Assembly: GCA_027492875.1 (NCBI GenBank)
Contig: JAPUDV010000078.1
Span: forward strand, 665-64,664
Length of the DNA: 64,000 nt
From: Candidatus Competibacteraceae bacterium
GTDB lineage: Bacteria > Pseudomonadota > Gammaproteobacteria > Competibacterales > Competibacteraceae
Direction of reading: 5' to 3'
This document shows, in pieces, positions 21,346-32,255 of this stretch. The notes below the pieces were generated by a model, which ran no database searches, was not told the DNA's origin, and saw only the letters and a list, made by a program, of their open reading frames with translations. Position 1 is the first letter of the stretch; every line of letters begins with the position of its first letter. The position numbers and the translations under genes are program-made.

Positions 21346-22041
21346 TTACCGATAGCCGATGATGCGCACCTCGCTGTTCCACTCGCCGAAAAACGGCTTG
21401 CCTTCCGCCTGCAGGATCAGTTGCCGGTTCTTCGGCATCGGCAGCCAAACGTTGTCGGAATTGTAGCCCCAGCCTCCCTGCGACTGACCGGTGGCGTACA
21501 GGTAGAATGACACCTCGCGGTCGCCGTCCAGTGCCGCCACCACCCGGAACCGATGAGGCCCGCCCTCGACATAGCCGGTGGCCACTTGCGCGTACACCAG
21601 AATTTCGCGCGCCGTATCCGGAACGGCGGCCGGGATTGGGCGCACGATCTGTTTGCCGCTCCCCTCGGGAAACGCGCCCAAGACCACATCGACCGGCTGG
21701 TACGCTTTCCAGACTTCGTCGCCGACCACGCTGCTCGCCGGCCGCGTCACGGCCGCCACCGCCGGCGTTTCCACCGTGCGCCGCAGCTCCGCCACGCTCT
21801 TCCGGGTACCCTGAATGTCGCGGCCGACCTCGGCCAGCGCCCGGTCGAACGCCAGCCACTGTTCCCGCCGCTGTTCGACGAGCTGACGTTCCAGCGCCGC
21901 CAGCCGGGTATCGAGCGCCGCCAACCTCGCCGCCAGCACGGCCTGTCCCACCGGTGGCTCCGGTTCCGGCTCCACCGCCGCGCAGCCTGCCGCCAGCATC
22001 CCGCTCAGGGCGGACAACGCCCAAATTTGTGGCAACTTCAT
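21346..22041 (-). CDS. Hypothetical lipoprotein (coiled coil plus C-terminal beta-rich domain)
   Basis: Lipobox LAAGC after MKLPQIWALSALSGM; heptad segment LAARLAALDTRLAALERQL; strong coding-like codon usage. Confidence 0.75.
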   Translation of the reverse strand: MKLPQIWALSALSGMLAAGCAAVEPEPEPPVGQAVLAARLAALDTRLAALERQLVEQRREQWLAFDRALAEVGRDIQGTRKSVAELRRTVETPAVAAVTRPASSVVGDEVWKAYQPVDVVLGAFPEGSGKQIVRPIPAAVPDTAREILVYAQVATGYVEGGPHRFRVVAALDGDREVSFYLYATGQSQGGWGYNSDNVWLPMPKNRQLILQAEGKPFFGEWNSEVRIIGYR

Positions 22042-22183
22042 ACCGTTTTCCCGGTCGCTTTCCACTTGAATGGGCCGGGCATTATACTGATCGTTCCGTG
22101 CCGGTTCCCGCTCGCTTGCAACCACCGCAGATAGGGTATATTTCACGCAGCTTCACCAGCGTTTCCTGAGAGGAACCCCCAGG

Positions 22184-22879
22184 ATGAACGAACTCGATCT
22201 GTCCCGACAAACCCCGTTCGGCGCGGATTTCAGCGTTGCCGAATTCGCCGACAACCCGGAGCCGCGCTGCCCCTGCGTGTTGCTGCTGGACAATTCCTGG
22301 TCCATGAGCGGCCACCCGATCACCGAACTCAACGAAGGACTGGCCACTTTCAAGGAAGAACTGCTGGCCGACAGCCTGGCGGCCAAGCGGGTCGAAATCG
22401 CCATCGTCAGCTTCGGCCCGGTCCAGGTGGTCAACGAATTCCAGACCGCCGAGCACTTCACGCCCCCGCAACTGGCGGCGCGCAAGGACACGCCCATGGG
22501 CCTGGCGATCATTCAGGGGCTGGAACTGCTGGACCAGCGCAAAGCGCTGTACCGCGAACACGGTATCCCCTTCTTCCGTCCCTGGGTATTCCTGATCACC
22601 GACGGCAGCCCCACCGATGACTGGAAAGCCGCCGCCAACGAAGTGCGCAAGGGCGAGGAAAATCGCGCCTTCGCCTTCTTTGCGGTCGGGGTCGAGGGCG
22701 CCAACCTGGATATCCTGCAACAAATTTCCCCGCGCCAGCCGCTGCGATTGAAAGGGTTACGGTTCCGCGAACTGTTCCAATGGCTGTCCAACTCGATGCG
22801 GTCGGTGTCGCGCTCGGTGCCGGGCGCCGAAGTACCGTTGAGCAACCCCACCGCGCCTGACGGCTGGGCCTCGGTGTGA
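22184..22879 (+). CDS. yegL: TerY-like vWA domain protein
   Basis: [58 protein letters not shown]. Confidence 0.9.
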   Translation: MNELDLSRQTPFGADFSVAEFADNPEPRCPCVLLLDNSWSMSGHPITELNEGLATFKEELLADSLAAKRVEIAIVSFGPVQVVNEFQTAEHFTPPQLAARKDTPMGLAIIQGLELLDQRKALYREHGIPFFRPWVFLITDGSPTDDWKAAANEVRKGEENRAFAFFAVGVEGANLDILQQISPRQPLRLKGLRFRELFQWLSNSMRSVSRSVPGAEVPLSNPTAPDGWASV

Positions 22880-23841
22880 ACGAGCCGGACGGCTGGCGCC
22901 ACGTCCGCGCCAGCGTGGCGGGCGTGGCGCACCTGGCCGTTGGCGCCGGCTGTCAGGACGCCTGCGCGGCCCAATTACTGTCCGGGCCGGAATCGAGCCC
23001 CGTGCTGGTGCTGGCCGCCGCCGATGGCGCCGGCAGCGCCGCCCTCTCGGGCGCCGGCGCGGAGCTGGCCTGCCAGACCCTGCTGGCCGAATGCGCGGCC
23101 TGGCTGGCGGACGCCCCCGCCGAAGACTGGACCCCGGCTGCGGCGGAGAAGATGCTCCAGCAGGTTCGAACCGCGCTGGGGCGCCTCGCGGCGGACACGG
23201 GACAACCGATACGGGAATTCGCCTGCACCTTGCTGGGCGCGGTGGTGGCCGCCGACCGTGCGCTGTTCCTGCAAATCGGCGACGGCGCCATCGTGATCGG
23301 CGCTCCGAACCAAGGTTACCGGCCGGTGTTCTGGCCACAGACCGGCGAATACGCCAACGAAACCTACTTTGTCACCGACATCGCCGCCGCCACCCATCTT
23401 GAATGCGCGATCCTGAGCGAACCCGTCGCCGAAATCGCGCTGCTGACCGATGGCCTGCAACGGCTGGCGCTGCACTATCAAACCCGCCAGGCCCACGAAC
23501 CGTTCTTCCGTCCGCTGTTCCAGCGCTTGCGCGCACATCCGGAACCTGGCTGTCCGGCGATTCTGGCGACCGCGCTGGAACGCCTGCTCGCCGGCCCGGC
23601 GATCAACCAGCGCACCCACGACGACAAAACCCTGATCCTGGCCACCCGGCTGGCGGCGGAATCCGCCGAAGACACCGGCGGCGCGGGCGTTCCTCCCCTC
23701 CCCCCCTCATCCTGCCCGAGCGGCGACGAGGACGCGACCACCGACGATCCGGCGGGGATGTCTTCCCTCCCGGCGGACGAGGGTGAGGAGTCGGCCCCCG
23801 AATCCGAGCTTCGGGAAGAATCCGGTGACGCGGCTGCATAG
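22876..23841 (+). CDS. yegK: PP2C-like phosphatase of the TerY-P triad
   Basis: [44 protein letters not shown]; GTGA overlap with the vWA gene. Confidence 0.88.
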   Translation: MNEPDGWRHVRASVAGVAHLAVGAGCQDACAAQLLSGPESSPVLVLAAADGAGSAALSGAGAELACQTLLAECAAWLADAPAEDWTPAAAEKMLQQVRTALGRLAADTGQPIREFACTLLGAVVAADRALFLQIGDGAIVIGAPNQGYRPVFWPQTGEYANETYFVTDIAAATHLECAILSEPVAEIALLTDGLQRLALHYQTRQAHEPFFRPLFQRLRAHPEPGCPAILATALERLLAGPAINQRTHDDKTLILATRLAAESAEDTGGAGVPPLPPSSCPSGDEDATTDDPAGMSSLPADEGEESAPESELREESGDAAA

Positions 23842-25825
23842 CGGCGCCGGTCACCCCGTCGAGCTGGGCAAGACGCTGGGGCGCGGCGGCGAAGGCGTGG
23901 TCCATGACATCGCCGGCCGGCCCGGCTTTGTCGCCAAGATCTACCACCAGGCGGTCGGCGCCGACAAAGCGCTCAAGCTGGAAGGGATGGCCCGGCAAGC
24001 CCACCCCAGTCTGCTGGAAATCGCCGCTTGGCCGGTGGACGTGCTGCGCGCCCATCCGACCGGTCCAGTGCACGGTTTCGTCATGCCCAAGGTCAGCGGC
24101 TACCAGGAGATCCACAGCCTGTACGGACCGGCGCACCGCAAGCGGGCCTTCCCGCAGGCCGACTGGTCCTTTCTGATCCATGCCGCCCGCAATCTGGCCA
24201 GTGCGTTCGAGACCATCCACGCTCGCGGCCACGTCATCGGCGACGTCAATCCTGGCAACGTGGTGGTTTCCGCTCAGGCGCTGGTCAAACTGATCGATTG
24301 CGACTCCTTCCAGATCGACACCGGCAATCGACTGTTTCCCTGCGATGTCGGCGTGCCGCAGTTCACCGCGCCGGAGTTGCAAGGCCGCCCGTTTCACGGA
24401 CTGCGGCGCGCTCCGGATCACGATGCCTTCGGCCTGGCCCTGCTGTGCTTCCACCTGCTGTTCATGGGACGCCACCCCTTCGCCGGCCGCTATCGGGGCA
24501 AGGGCGACATGCCGATCGAGCGCGCCATCAAGGAATGCCGGTTCGCCTTCGGCCAGCACGCCGCCGCCCGCTCGATGGAGCCGCCGCCGCACACCTTGCC
24601 GCTCGCCGCCCTGCCGCGTCCGGTCGCGCATCTGTTCGAGCGTGCCTTCGCCCCCCCCAGTGCGGCCCAATCGCGGCCCTCCGCCCGCGAATGGCTGTTG
24701 GCGCTGGAACAACTCAACGGCGAGCTGCGCGCCTGCCGGCGCAGCGCCGCGCACAAATACCCGCAACGGTTGCCAGCCTGTCCGTGGTGCGCGCTGGAGC
24801 AGGCCAGCGGAACCCTGTTTTTCATCCTGCCGGCCCAGACTCTGGCGGCCGGCCCCACCGCTGGCCCCACCGATTTCGAACTGGAACCGGTCTGGAATCG
24901 CATCCTGGCGCTGGAACCGCCGCCGGACGAGAGTCCGCCGGCGCCGGTGGCGGCGCAACTGGCGCCGATCACCCCCACCCCATTGCCGGAACCGCTGCGT
25001 CGGGTCCGCCGCCACAACGCGATCAAGGCGGTGGTCGTCGCCGGTATCGTCCTGGCCGCGATAGTGATCCGCCCGCGACTGAGCTGGCTATGGTTGCCGC
25101 TGGCCACCGTCGGCTGGTCGCTATCGCGGAACAGCGCGGCGCGGCGGGAACGCCAGCGCCGCCGGTTGGCGCTGCTGGCGGCCCGCCGGGAGCTGACGGA
25201 ACTGCGGACAGCCTGGCAACGCCACGCCACCGCACAGCCGTTCGCCGGCAAGCTGCAAGCACTGCGCGAACTGCGCGAGCGCCACCGTACCCTGGGAGCC
25301 GAATTCCGGCGCAGCTTGCGGCGGCTGGAAACCGGCCAACGCCAGCTTCAATTGCAGGCGTTTTTGGAAGGTCACTTCGTCGATGCCGCCCGGATCGCCG
25401 GCCTGCGCGCCACCGACCGGTTGGCGCTGGAATCCTACGGCATCGAAACCGCCGCCGACGTGACGCCCGCCGCAATCCAGGCGGTGCCCGGCTTCGGCCA
25501 GCGCTTCGGCCAGCAGCGATACGCGGCGCTGCTGGCCTGGCGTCAGGCCCTGGAGCGCCAGTTCCGTTACGATCCCGGCAAGGGCGCCAATCCGGCCGCC
25601 GTCGCCAACCTGCGCCAGCACTACGCCCAACAGCGGCAACAGATCGAACGGGAACTGCTGGCGGGTCCCGAGGAACTGGCTAAAATCAAGACGGACATCC
25701 TCAAGCAACGCGCCCAGCTCAATATCGCCCTGATCCGCCAGGCGATGCGAGAGGCGCAGGCGCAAGCCGACCTGCGGGTTTTCCATCCTGATATCGGGTT
25801 TTTACGGCGGCGCAACGGCGGCTAG
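23825..25825 (+). CDS. yegI: Ser/Thr kinase with TM segments and helix-hairpin-helix C-terminus (TerY-P triad)
   Basis: LGRGGEGVV, VAKIY, IGDVNPGN, LIDCDSFQI, GVPQFTAPELQ; TM pair; GIETAADV...IQAVPGFG HhH. Confidence 0.88.
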   Translation: MTRLHSGAGHPVELGKTLGRGGEGVVHDIAGRPGFVAKIYHQAVGADKALKLEGMARQAHPSLLEIAAWPVDVLRAHPTGPVHGFVMPKVSGYQEIHSLYGPAHRKRAFPQADWSFLIHAARNLASAFETIHARGHVIGDVNPGNVVVSAQALVKLIDCDSFQIDTGNRLFPCDVGVPQFTAPELQGRPFHGLRRAPDHDAFGLALLCFHLLFMGRHPFAGRYRGKGDMPIERAIKECRFAFGQHAAARSMEPPPHTLPLAALPRPVAHLFERAFAPPSAAQSRPSAREWLLALEQLNGELRACRRSAAHKYPQRLPACPWCALEQASGTLFFILPAQTLAAGPTAGPTDFELEPVWNRILALEPPPDESPPAPVAAQLAPITPTPLPEPLRRVRRHNAIKAVVVAGIVLAAIVIRPRLSWLWLPLATVGWSLSRNSAARRERQRRRLALLAARRELTELRTAWQRHATAQPFAGKLQALRELRERHRTLGAEFRRSLRRLETGQRQLQLQAFLEGHFVDAARIAGLRATDRLALESYGIETAADVTPAAIQAVPGFGQRFGQQRYAALLAWRQALERQFRYDPGKGANPAAVANLRQHYAQQRQQIERELLAGPEELAKIKTDILKQRAQLNIALIRQAMREAQAQADLRVFHPDIGFLRRRNGG

Positions 25826-25849
25826 GCGGTTTGCGGCAAAGAGGCTCAC

Positions 25850-26464
25850 ATGGGCAGACGCAACGAACACACGCGCGCGGAACTCCGGCAGATTGCCCTG
25901 GAGGCCGCCGAGGAACTGGTGGCCGCGCAGGGGCTGGCCGGCTTGAGCACCCGCAAAGTGGCGGCCCGCATCGGCTACACGGTCGGCAGTCTGTACATGG
26001 TCTTTCGAAACCTCGACGATCTGATCGTCCAGATGAACGAGCGGACCCTGGACGCCCTGCACGCGCGGTTGGCCACCGCCACCGGACAGCCGCCGACCGC
26101 CGCCATTCGGGCGCTGGCCCAGAGCTACATCGCCTTCGCCCTGAGCGAACCCAACCGCTGGCTGGCGATTTACCAGCACCGCTTGCCGGACGGGGAAACC
26201 GTGCCGGATTTCTTCAGCGAAAAAGTGGCTCGGATGTTCGAGCTGGTGCAGCGCCAGCTCATGCTGCTGTGCCCCCAACGGCCGCCGGACGACAGCGCTC
26301 TGGCCGCTCGCGCGCTGTGGAGCGGAATTCACGGCGTCTGCATTCTGGGCCTGGACCAGAAACTGGAAGCCGTCGGCGGTCGTTCGATCGAGGAGGTGGC
26401 CGGCTCGCTGCTGGATCACTATCTGACTGGCTTCGCCCTGCCTCAGCGGCTCACCCCTTCGTGA
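25850..26464 (+). CDS. TetR/AcrR-family regulator with WHG-type C-terminal domain
   Basis: GLAGLSTRKVAARIGYTVGSLYMVFRNLDDL HTH; ALWSGIHGV. Confidence 0.9.
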   Translation: MGRRNEHTRAELRQIALEAAEELVAAQGLAGLSTRKVAARIGYTVGSLYMVFRNLDDLIVQMNERTLDALHARLATATGQPPTAAIRALAQSYIAFALSEPNRWLAIYQHRLPDGETVPDFFSEKVARMFELVQRQLMLLCPQRPPDDSALAARALWSGIHGVCILGLDQKLEAVGGRSIEEVAGSLLDHYLTGFALPQRLTPS

Positions 26465-26625
26465 CGCGCCACCTGCCGCCCAAGCAATGATGTTCGCTTT
26501 TCCGCCATGCGGGACACGCCACGCAAACAAGCGCGTCGACCCGCTTGCCGTTGCTCGTCCAGCCGCTTCGCCCCAAGGCAGCCATGCAGCCGTTCCTGGC
26601 GGATGTCGGTGCCGTCGTTTGTCGT

Positions 26626-27750
<1,125 letters not shown>

Positions 27751-28806
27751 TCAGGCCTTCAGCGACGCCAGATCGATCACAAAGCGGTACTTCACGTCGC
27801 TTTCGAGCATGCGTTCATACGCCTCGTTGATGCCCTGAATCTCGATCAATTCGATGTCGGAGGCGATGCCGTGCTGACCACAGAAATCCAGCATCTCCTG
27901 GGTTTCGGCGATACCGCCGATGACGGAACCCGCCACGGACTTACGCCCCAAGATCAGCGGCACGGTATTCAAAACGGGTTCCAGACCACCCAGATAACCG
28001 ACCAGCACCAGCGTTCCGTTCAGGGATAGCGTAGGCAGATACGGATTGAGATCGTGGGCATAAGGCACGGTGTCGATGATCAGATCGAATTGACCCTTTA
28101 CGGCCGCCATTTGCCCTTCATCGGTGGAAAACACAATGTTGTGCGCGCCCAAACGACGCGCGTCCTGCTCCTTGCCCGGCGAGCGGGTGAACAGCGACAC
28201 GTCGGCGCCCATCGCCCTCGCCAGTTTCAGCGCCATGTGGCCGAGCCCGCCCAGACCGATGACCGCCACCCGGCTGCCCTTGCCGACCCGCCAATGGCGT
28301 AGCGGCGACCAGGTCGTAATCCCGGCGCACAGCAGCGGCGCGGCCCCCGCCAGGTCCAAGCCCTCGGGAATCTTCAGCACGAACGGGTCGGAGACGACGA
28401 TCTTCTCGGAGTAGCCGCCGAACGTGGGCATCCGGTCATGGCGGTCAAGGTCGTTGTAGGTCAGCGTGTGGTGGTCCTCGCAATACTGCTCCAACCCCTG
28501 TTCGCAAGCCGGGCAGTGCTGGCAGGAATCGACCATGCAGCCGACCCCGACAGGGTCGCCCGGTTTGAAGCGGGTGACCTCCGGTCCGACGCCGATCACG
28601 CGGCCGATGATTTCATGACCGGGCACCATCGGATAAATGCTGTTACCCCAGTCATTACGGGCTTGATGCAAGTCCGAGTGACAGACACCACAGTAGAGGA
28701 TCTCGATCGTCACATCGTTTGCACGCGGTTCGCGGCGCTCGAAACGATGAGGAGCCAAGGCGTCCTTGGACGATTGTACGGCGTAACCCAGCACGTTCAT
28801 GGTCAT
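27751..28806 (-). CDS. Zn-dependent NAD(P) alcohol/aldehyde dehydrogenase (cinnamyl alcohol dehydrogenase-like)
   Basis: CGVCHSDLH, GHEIIG, structural Zn C..C..C motif, APLLCAGITTWSPL, GLGGLGHM, DVKYRFVID. Confidence 0.95.
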   Translation of the reverse strand: MTMNVLGYAVQSSKDALAPHRFERREPRANDVTIEILYCGVCHSDLHQARNDWGNSIYPMVPGHEIIGRVIGVGPEVTRFKPGDPVGVGCMVDSCQHCPACEQGLEQYCEDHHTLTYNDLDRHDRMPTFGGYSEKIVVSDPFVLKIPEGLDLAGAAPLLCAGITTWSPLRHWRVGKGSRVAVIGLGGLGHMALKLARAMGADVSLFTRSPGKEQDARRLGAHNIVFSTDEGQMAAVKGQFDLIIDTVPYAHDLNPYLPTLSLNGTLVLVGYLGGLEPVLNTVPLILGRKSVAGSVIGGIAETQEMLDFCGQHGIASDIELIEIQGINEAYERMLESDVKYRFVIDLASLKA

Positions 28807-28970
28807 GATCTTTTCTCCGATGCAAGAGGGCTGCCGAGTCGGCAGACAGTGGCTTGTTCATGATGACAAGAGTCTATCATCTGTGGCGGAGGTGGCTTGA
28901 CCACCGGCTGCCGCTCACGCGGCTAAAGCGCGCGTTCAAAAGCCGCGACCATGGAAACCATGGAAATCAA

Positions 28971-31900
28971 TCAATCCGCCGCCTCGCGCCGAACATGGGC
29001 AAACAGCGGTTCGAAAACCGCCGTGGCCAGTTCCACGAACTCCCCATCCAGCGGATCGGTATCGCGGAACGCCAACCGATAATAGCCATCGTCCCGCTCC
29101 GGATGACTCTGCCGGTATTCGCTGCCCGCCCACTCGGTTTGCGCCGCCCGCAACGCGCGCTCTCCGTCGCCGTCCTTGTCCAGCTTCTCGACGTAAGCCA
29201 GCGCGCTTTTCGGAAAGAAATGCAGCAAGCGCCGTGTCCCTCGCCAGTACAGCTCCAGTAGCGCCTGCAATGTCTCGCGGGGATTCGCGACTGGCTCCAG
29301 CACCACATCCTGATCTTCCGCCACCCAATGACTGCACAAAACCCCCATCGACCCCACGGCGTTCGACGCCAGATGATGCAGCCATAACTTCAGATAATCG
29401 TTGGCCTTCATCGACGCCAGTCGGTAGCCCGTCCACCCGTCCGGGGTCAACCCGGCCAGTCGGCCGGTCAGGCGGAACGCGCCCAACGTCAGATCGACGT
29501 TCAGCGGTTCGGTCGCCCGTCGTGGCAACACCCGCCCCAATCGCCCGGCGAAGCGGACCACTCGTTCCTGTGCTTCGGCGAACACGCACTCGCCCACCTG
29601 CCCGTGTGGCAGTGCCCCACCCGCCCGCAGCACCGCCTCGATTTCCGCCGCCGGCCGATCCTCGCGGTACAGTTCCAGCGCCCGACCCAACACCTGATAA
29701 TTCTCCAACCCGTCCAGCACGAACGGCTCGCGGGTCTCCAGCCCCTCCTCGCCCTCCTCCACCCGGATACCCAGCCGCTCGCGCAACAACCAGCGCGCCG
29801 GATTCTCGAAGAACCGGATCAGTCCCTCCAGGTTCACCGTGCGCAAGGCCGGTTCCGGCTCCGGCAACATTCCCGCCAACAGCGCCGTCGCCAGTTGTTC
29901 GCCGCGCCCGGCCCGCTGACTGGCTTCCACCCATTCCCGCGCGTAGCTGAACAGGCGCGCGTCGCCGCTGAAATAGCGCTGGCTGAACGGCTGCAAGGGG
30001 TGGCGCGTCAGCAGTTGCATGCTGGCCCGGCCGGCGGCGCCATAAAAGCCCCGGTCCACCACATCCAGCAACTCGCCGATCAGCACCGAGGGCGGCAGCA
30101 TCGAATTATCGCGGATGTTCTGGCCGACGTAGCTGAGGTAAAAACACGCTCGGGCCGACAGCAGGGTCTCCAGGAACAGATAGCGGTCGTCCTGGCGGCG
30201 GGAGCGGTCGCCGCGCCGGAATCGGGTCGCCATCAAATCGAAACCCACCGGCCGGTGCGGGCGCGGATAGGCGTCGTCGTTCATGCCGAGCAGGCACACC
30301 ACCGGAAACGGGATGCTGCGCATCGGCACCATCGCGCAACAGGTCACCCCGCCGCCCAGAAACCGTCCTGCTCCGCTCTCGGCCGTGTTTAACTGCCCGC
30401 GCAGCGCCGATTTCACCACCGACAGCAAAACCGGCTCGTCGAACCCGGCCAGTTCGGCGTTGCCGCGCAGCGTTTCCAGCGCGGCCCGAATCAGTTGCAG
30501 CTCGTTCTCCTCGCGTTCGCGGGGTTCGAAAAACTGCTCCAGCACACCGCGCAGCATGTCCACCCACGCCGCCAGCGGCAGGCGCTCGCGCAAGCGGACA
30601 TCCAGGCCAAACAGCGCCTCGGTGAAACTCTGCAAGCATCCCAGCGCCCGAGCCTCGCCGCCTTCCACCTCGTCGTAGGGCAGAATACCGCCGTACAGCT
30701 CGCGGCCGTTCCCCGGCAGCGCGTAGCCCAGCAGCAGCCGATCCAGCCCGGCCCGCCAGGTGTGCTCGGCGGTGACAGGCAAATCCCAGGTGCTTTTGAT
30801 GCTGGCGTCGATACCCCAGCGAATGCCGGCGCCCCGCACCCAGCGGCGAATGCGTTCCAGATCGTCTTCCGTCAGACCGAAGCGCCGCCGCACTGCCGGC
30901 GGCTCCAGCAGGCCCAGCACCTGCGCGGCGTCGTAGCGCCCACCGCCCAGATCCAGCAATTCGAAAAACACCTCGACCAGCGGATTCTCGACCGGCGTGC
31001 CCTGATCGGCGACGCTGAACGGTATCCGCCGTTCGCGCGGGGCGCCGTCGAACACCGCCTCGATCAGCGGCCCGTACACGGCGATGTCTGGCGCCATCAC
31101 GATCACGTCCGACGGCTTCAGATCCCGACGCGCCGCCAACAGGGCCAGCAATTGATCGTGTAAAACCTCGACCTCGCGCATCGGCCCGTGGCAGGCGTGG
31201 ATTTGCAGCGAGCGGTCGTCCGGCCGCAGCGGCAAGGGTGGGCACTCCTCGCCGCCCCGCTCGCGCAAGTGCAAGATGTCGGCCTGCAACCGATGCAACA
31301 GCATCTCGCCGTCGGGCTCGGCGAAGCCGTCCCACTCGGTTCGCGGATACGCGTGCAACAGGTCGATGAAATCCCGCCCCTGCTTACCAAGGGAGGCCAA
31401 CAGCGGATTGCCGACCGTCAGATAGGCATCCTCCGGGTCGGTCTCCTCGCCCAACCGGGCCAGATCGCGCTCGGCCCGGATGTCGCCCCAGTATTCCTGG
31501 CAGGGATTTAGCACGAACAGATGCAGGTCCACATGGCGCGCCAGTTCCGCCAGCAGGTCCAGATACAGCGGCGGCAGCGCCGCCACGCCGATGACGGCGA
31601 CTCGCTCCGGCAAGCGGCGGCGGTCGAAATCGCCGTCGCGCAACGCCTTGCGGAATTGTTCCTGCACCCGCACCCGGTGCGCCGCGCCCGTCCGCGCCAG
31701 CCGCCGCCACAACTCGGCCTGCCAGTGATCTTCCTCGCCCGCCTCCCACTTTCCGATCCAGTCCGGACGGTAAACCAGATACTGATCGAAGCCGTCGGCG
31801 ATACGGCAGGCCAGTTCGTGGCGGCGAAAATCATCGCCGCCGCCGAGATAGGCACGCGGCAGTGCAAAGCGCGGCGTGTCCTCCAACTCCCGCAACAGCG

Positions 31901-32186
31901 CCATGATCCGCCAAACCAGCACCGGCTTATCGAACGCCGAGGTCGGCGGCAACTGGCGCAGCACCGCCCGGCTCATCTCCCAGAGAAAAGTCGCCGGAAA
32001 CTGAAACGCCAGATTGGCGCAGACCCCCAGGCGCTCGGCTAGCCGCAGCGTCAGCCAGCGGGCCATGCCGTTGCTCTGGGTAACCACGACCTCCCGCGCC
32101 AGCGGCGCGCACAAAGGCCGCCGCAACACGTCGGCCAGTTGCTCGGTCAGGACTTCAAGCTGGTTGCTTTGATAGCTGTAAAACAC
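28971..32186 (-). CDS. recC: Exodeoxyribonuclease V gamma subunit
   Basis: YQSNQLE start, VVTQSNGMARWL, FVLNPCQEYWGDI, NPLLASLGKQGRDF, HACHGPMREVEVL, MVPMRSIPF, HPLQPFS; 1071 aa, GTG start. Confidence 0.95.
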   Translation of the reverse strand: MFYSYQSNQLEVLTEQLADVLRRPLCAPLAREVVVTQSNGMARWLTLRLAERLGVCANLAFQFPATFLWEMSRAVLRQLPPTSAFDKPVLVWRIMALLRELEDTPRFALPRAYLGGGDDFRRHELACRIADGFDQYLVYRPDWIGKWEAGEEDHWQAELWRRLARTGAAHRVRVQEQFRKALRDGDFDRRRLPERVAVIGVAALPPLYLDLLAELARHVDLHLFVLNPCQEYWGDIRAERDLARLGEETDPEDAYLTVGNPLLASLGKQGRDFIDLLHAYPRTEWDGFAEPDGEMLLHRLQADILHLRERGGEECPPLPLRPDDRSLQIHACHGPMREVEVLHDQLLALLAARRDLKPSDVIVMAPDIAVYGPLIEAVFDGAPRERRIPFSVADQGTPVENPLVEVFFELLDLGGGRYDAAQVLGLLEPPAVRRRFGLTEDDLERIRRWVRGAGIRWGIDASIKSTWDLPVTAEHTWRAGLDRLLLGYALPGNGRELYGGILPYDEVEGGEARALGCLQSFTEALFGLDVRLRERLPLAAWVDMLRGVLEQFFEPREREENELQLIRAALETLRGNAELAGFDEPVLLSVVKSALRGQLNTAESGAGRFLGGGVTCCAMVPMRSIPFPVVCLLGMNDDAYPRPHRPVGFDLMATRFRRGDRSRRQDDRYLFLETLLSARACFYLSYVGQNIRDNSMLPPSVLIGELLDVVDRGFYGAAGRASMQLLTRHPLQPFSQRYFSGDARLFSYAREWVEASQRAGRGEQLATALLAGMLPEPEPALRTVNLEGLIRFFENPARWLLRERLGIRVEEGEEGLETREPFVLDGLENYQVLGRALELYREDRPAAEIEAVLRAGGALPHGQVGECVFAEAQERVVRFAGRLGRVLPRRATEPLNVDLTLGAFRLTGRLAGLTPDGWTGYRLASMKANDYLKLWLHHLASNAVGSMGVLCSHWVAEDQDVVLEPVANPRETLQALLELYWRGTRRLLHFFPKSALAYVEKLDKDGDGERALRAAQTEWAGSEYRQSHPERDDGYYRLAFRDTDPLDGEFVELATAVFEPLFAHVRREAAD

Positions 32187-32255
32187 GAGGGGCGCCCTGA
32201 TGGCTGGAAAAAGGCACGGCGCGGGCCGGTCGTCGCCCGTTTGGGCTCGGCGATC

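Noticed and set aside
23603-25683. Overlapping ORFs 23603-25015 (-) and 24028-25683 (+)
   Set aside because: Shadow or alternate frames of the yegI-like kinase; Arg/Pro/Gly-rich composition typical of non-coding GC-rich frames
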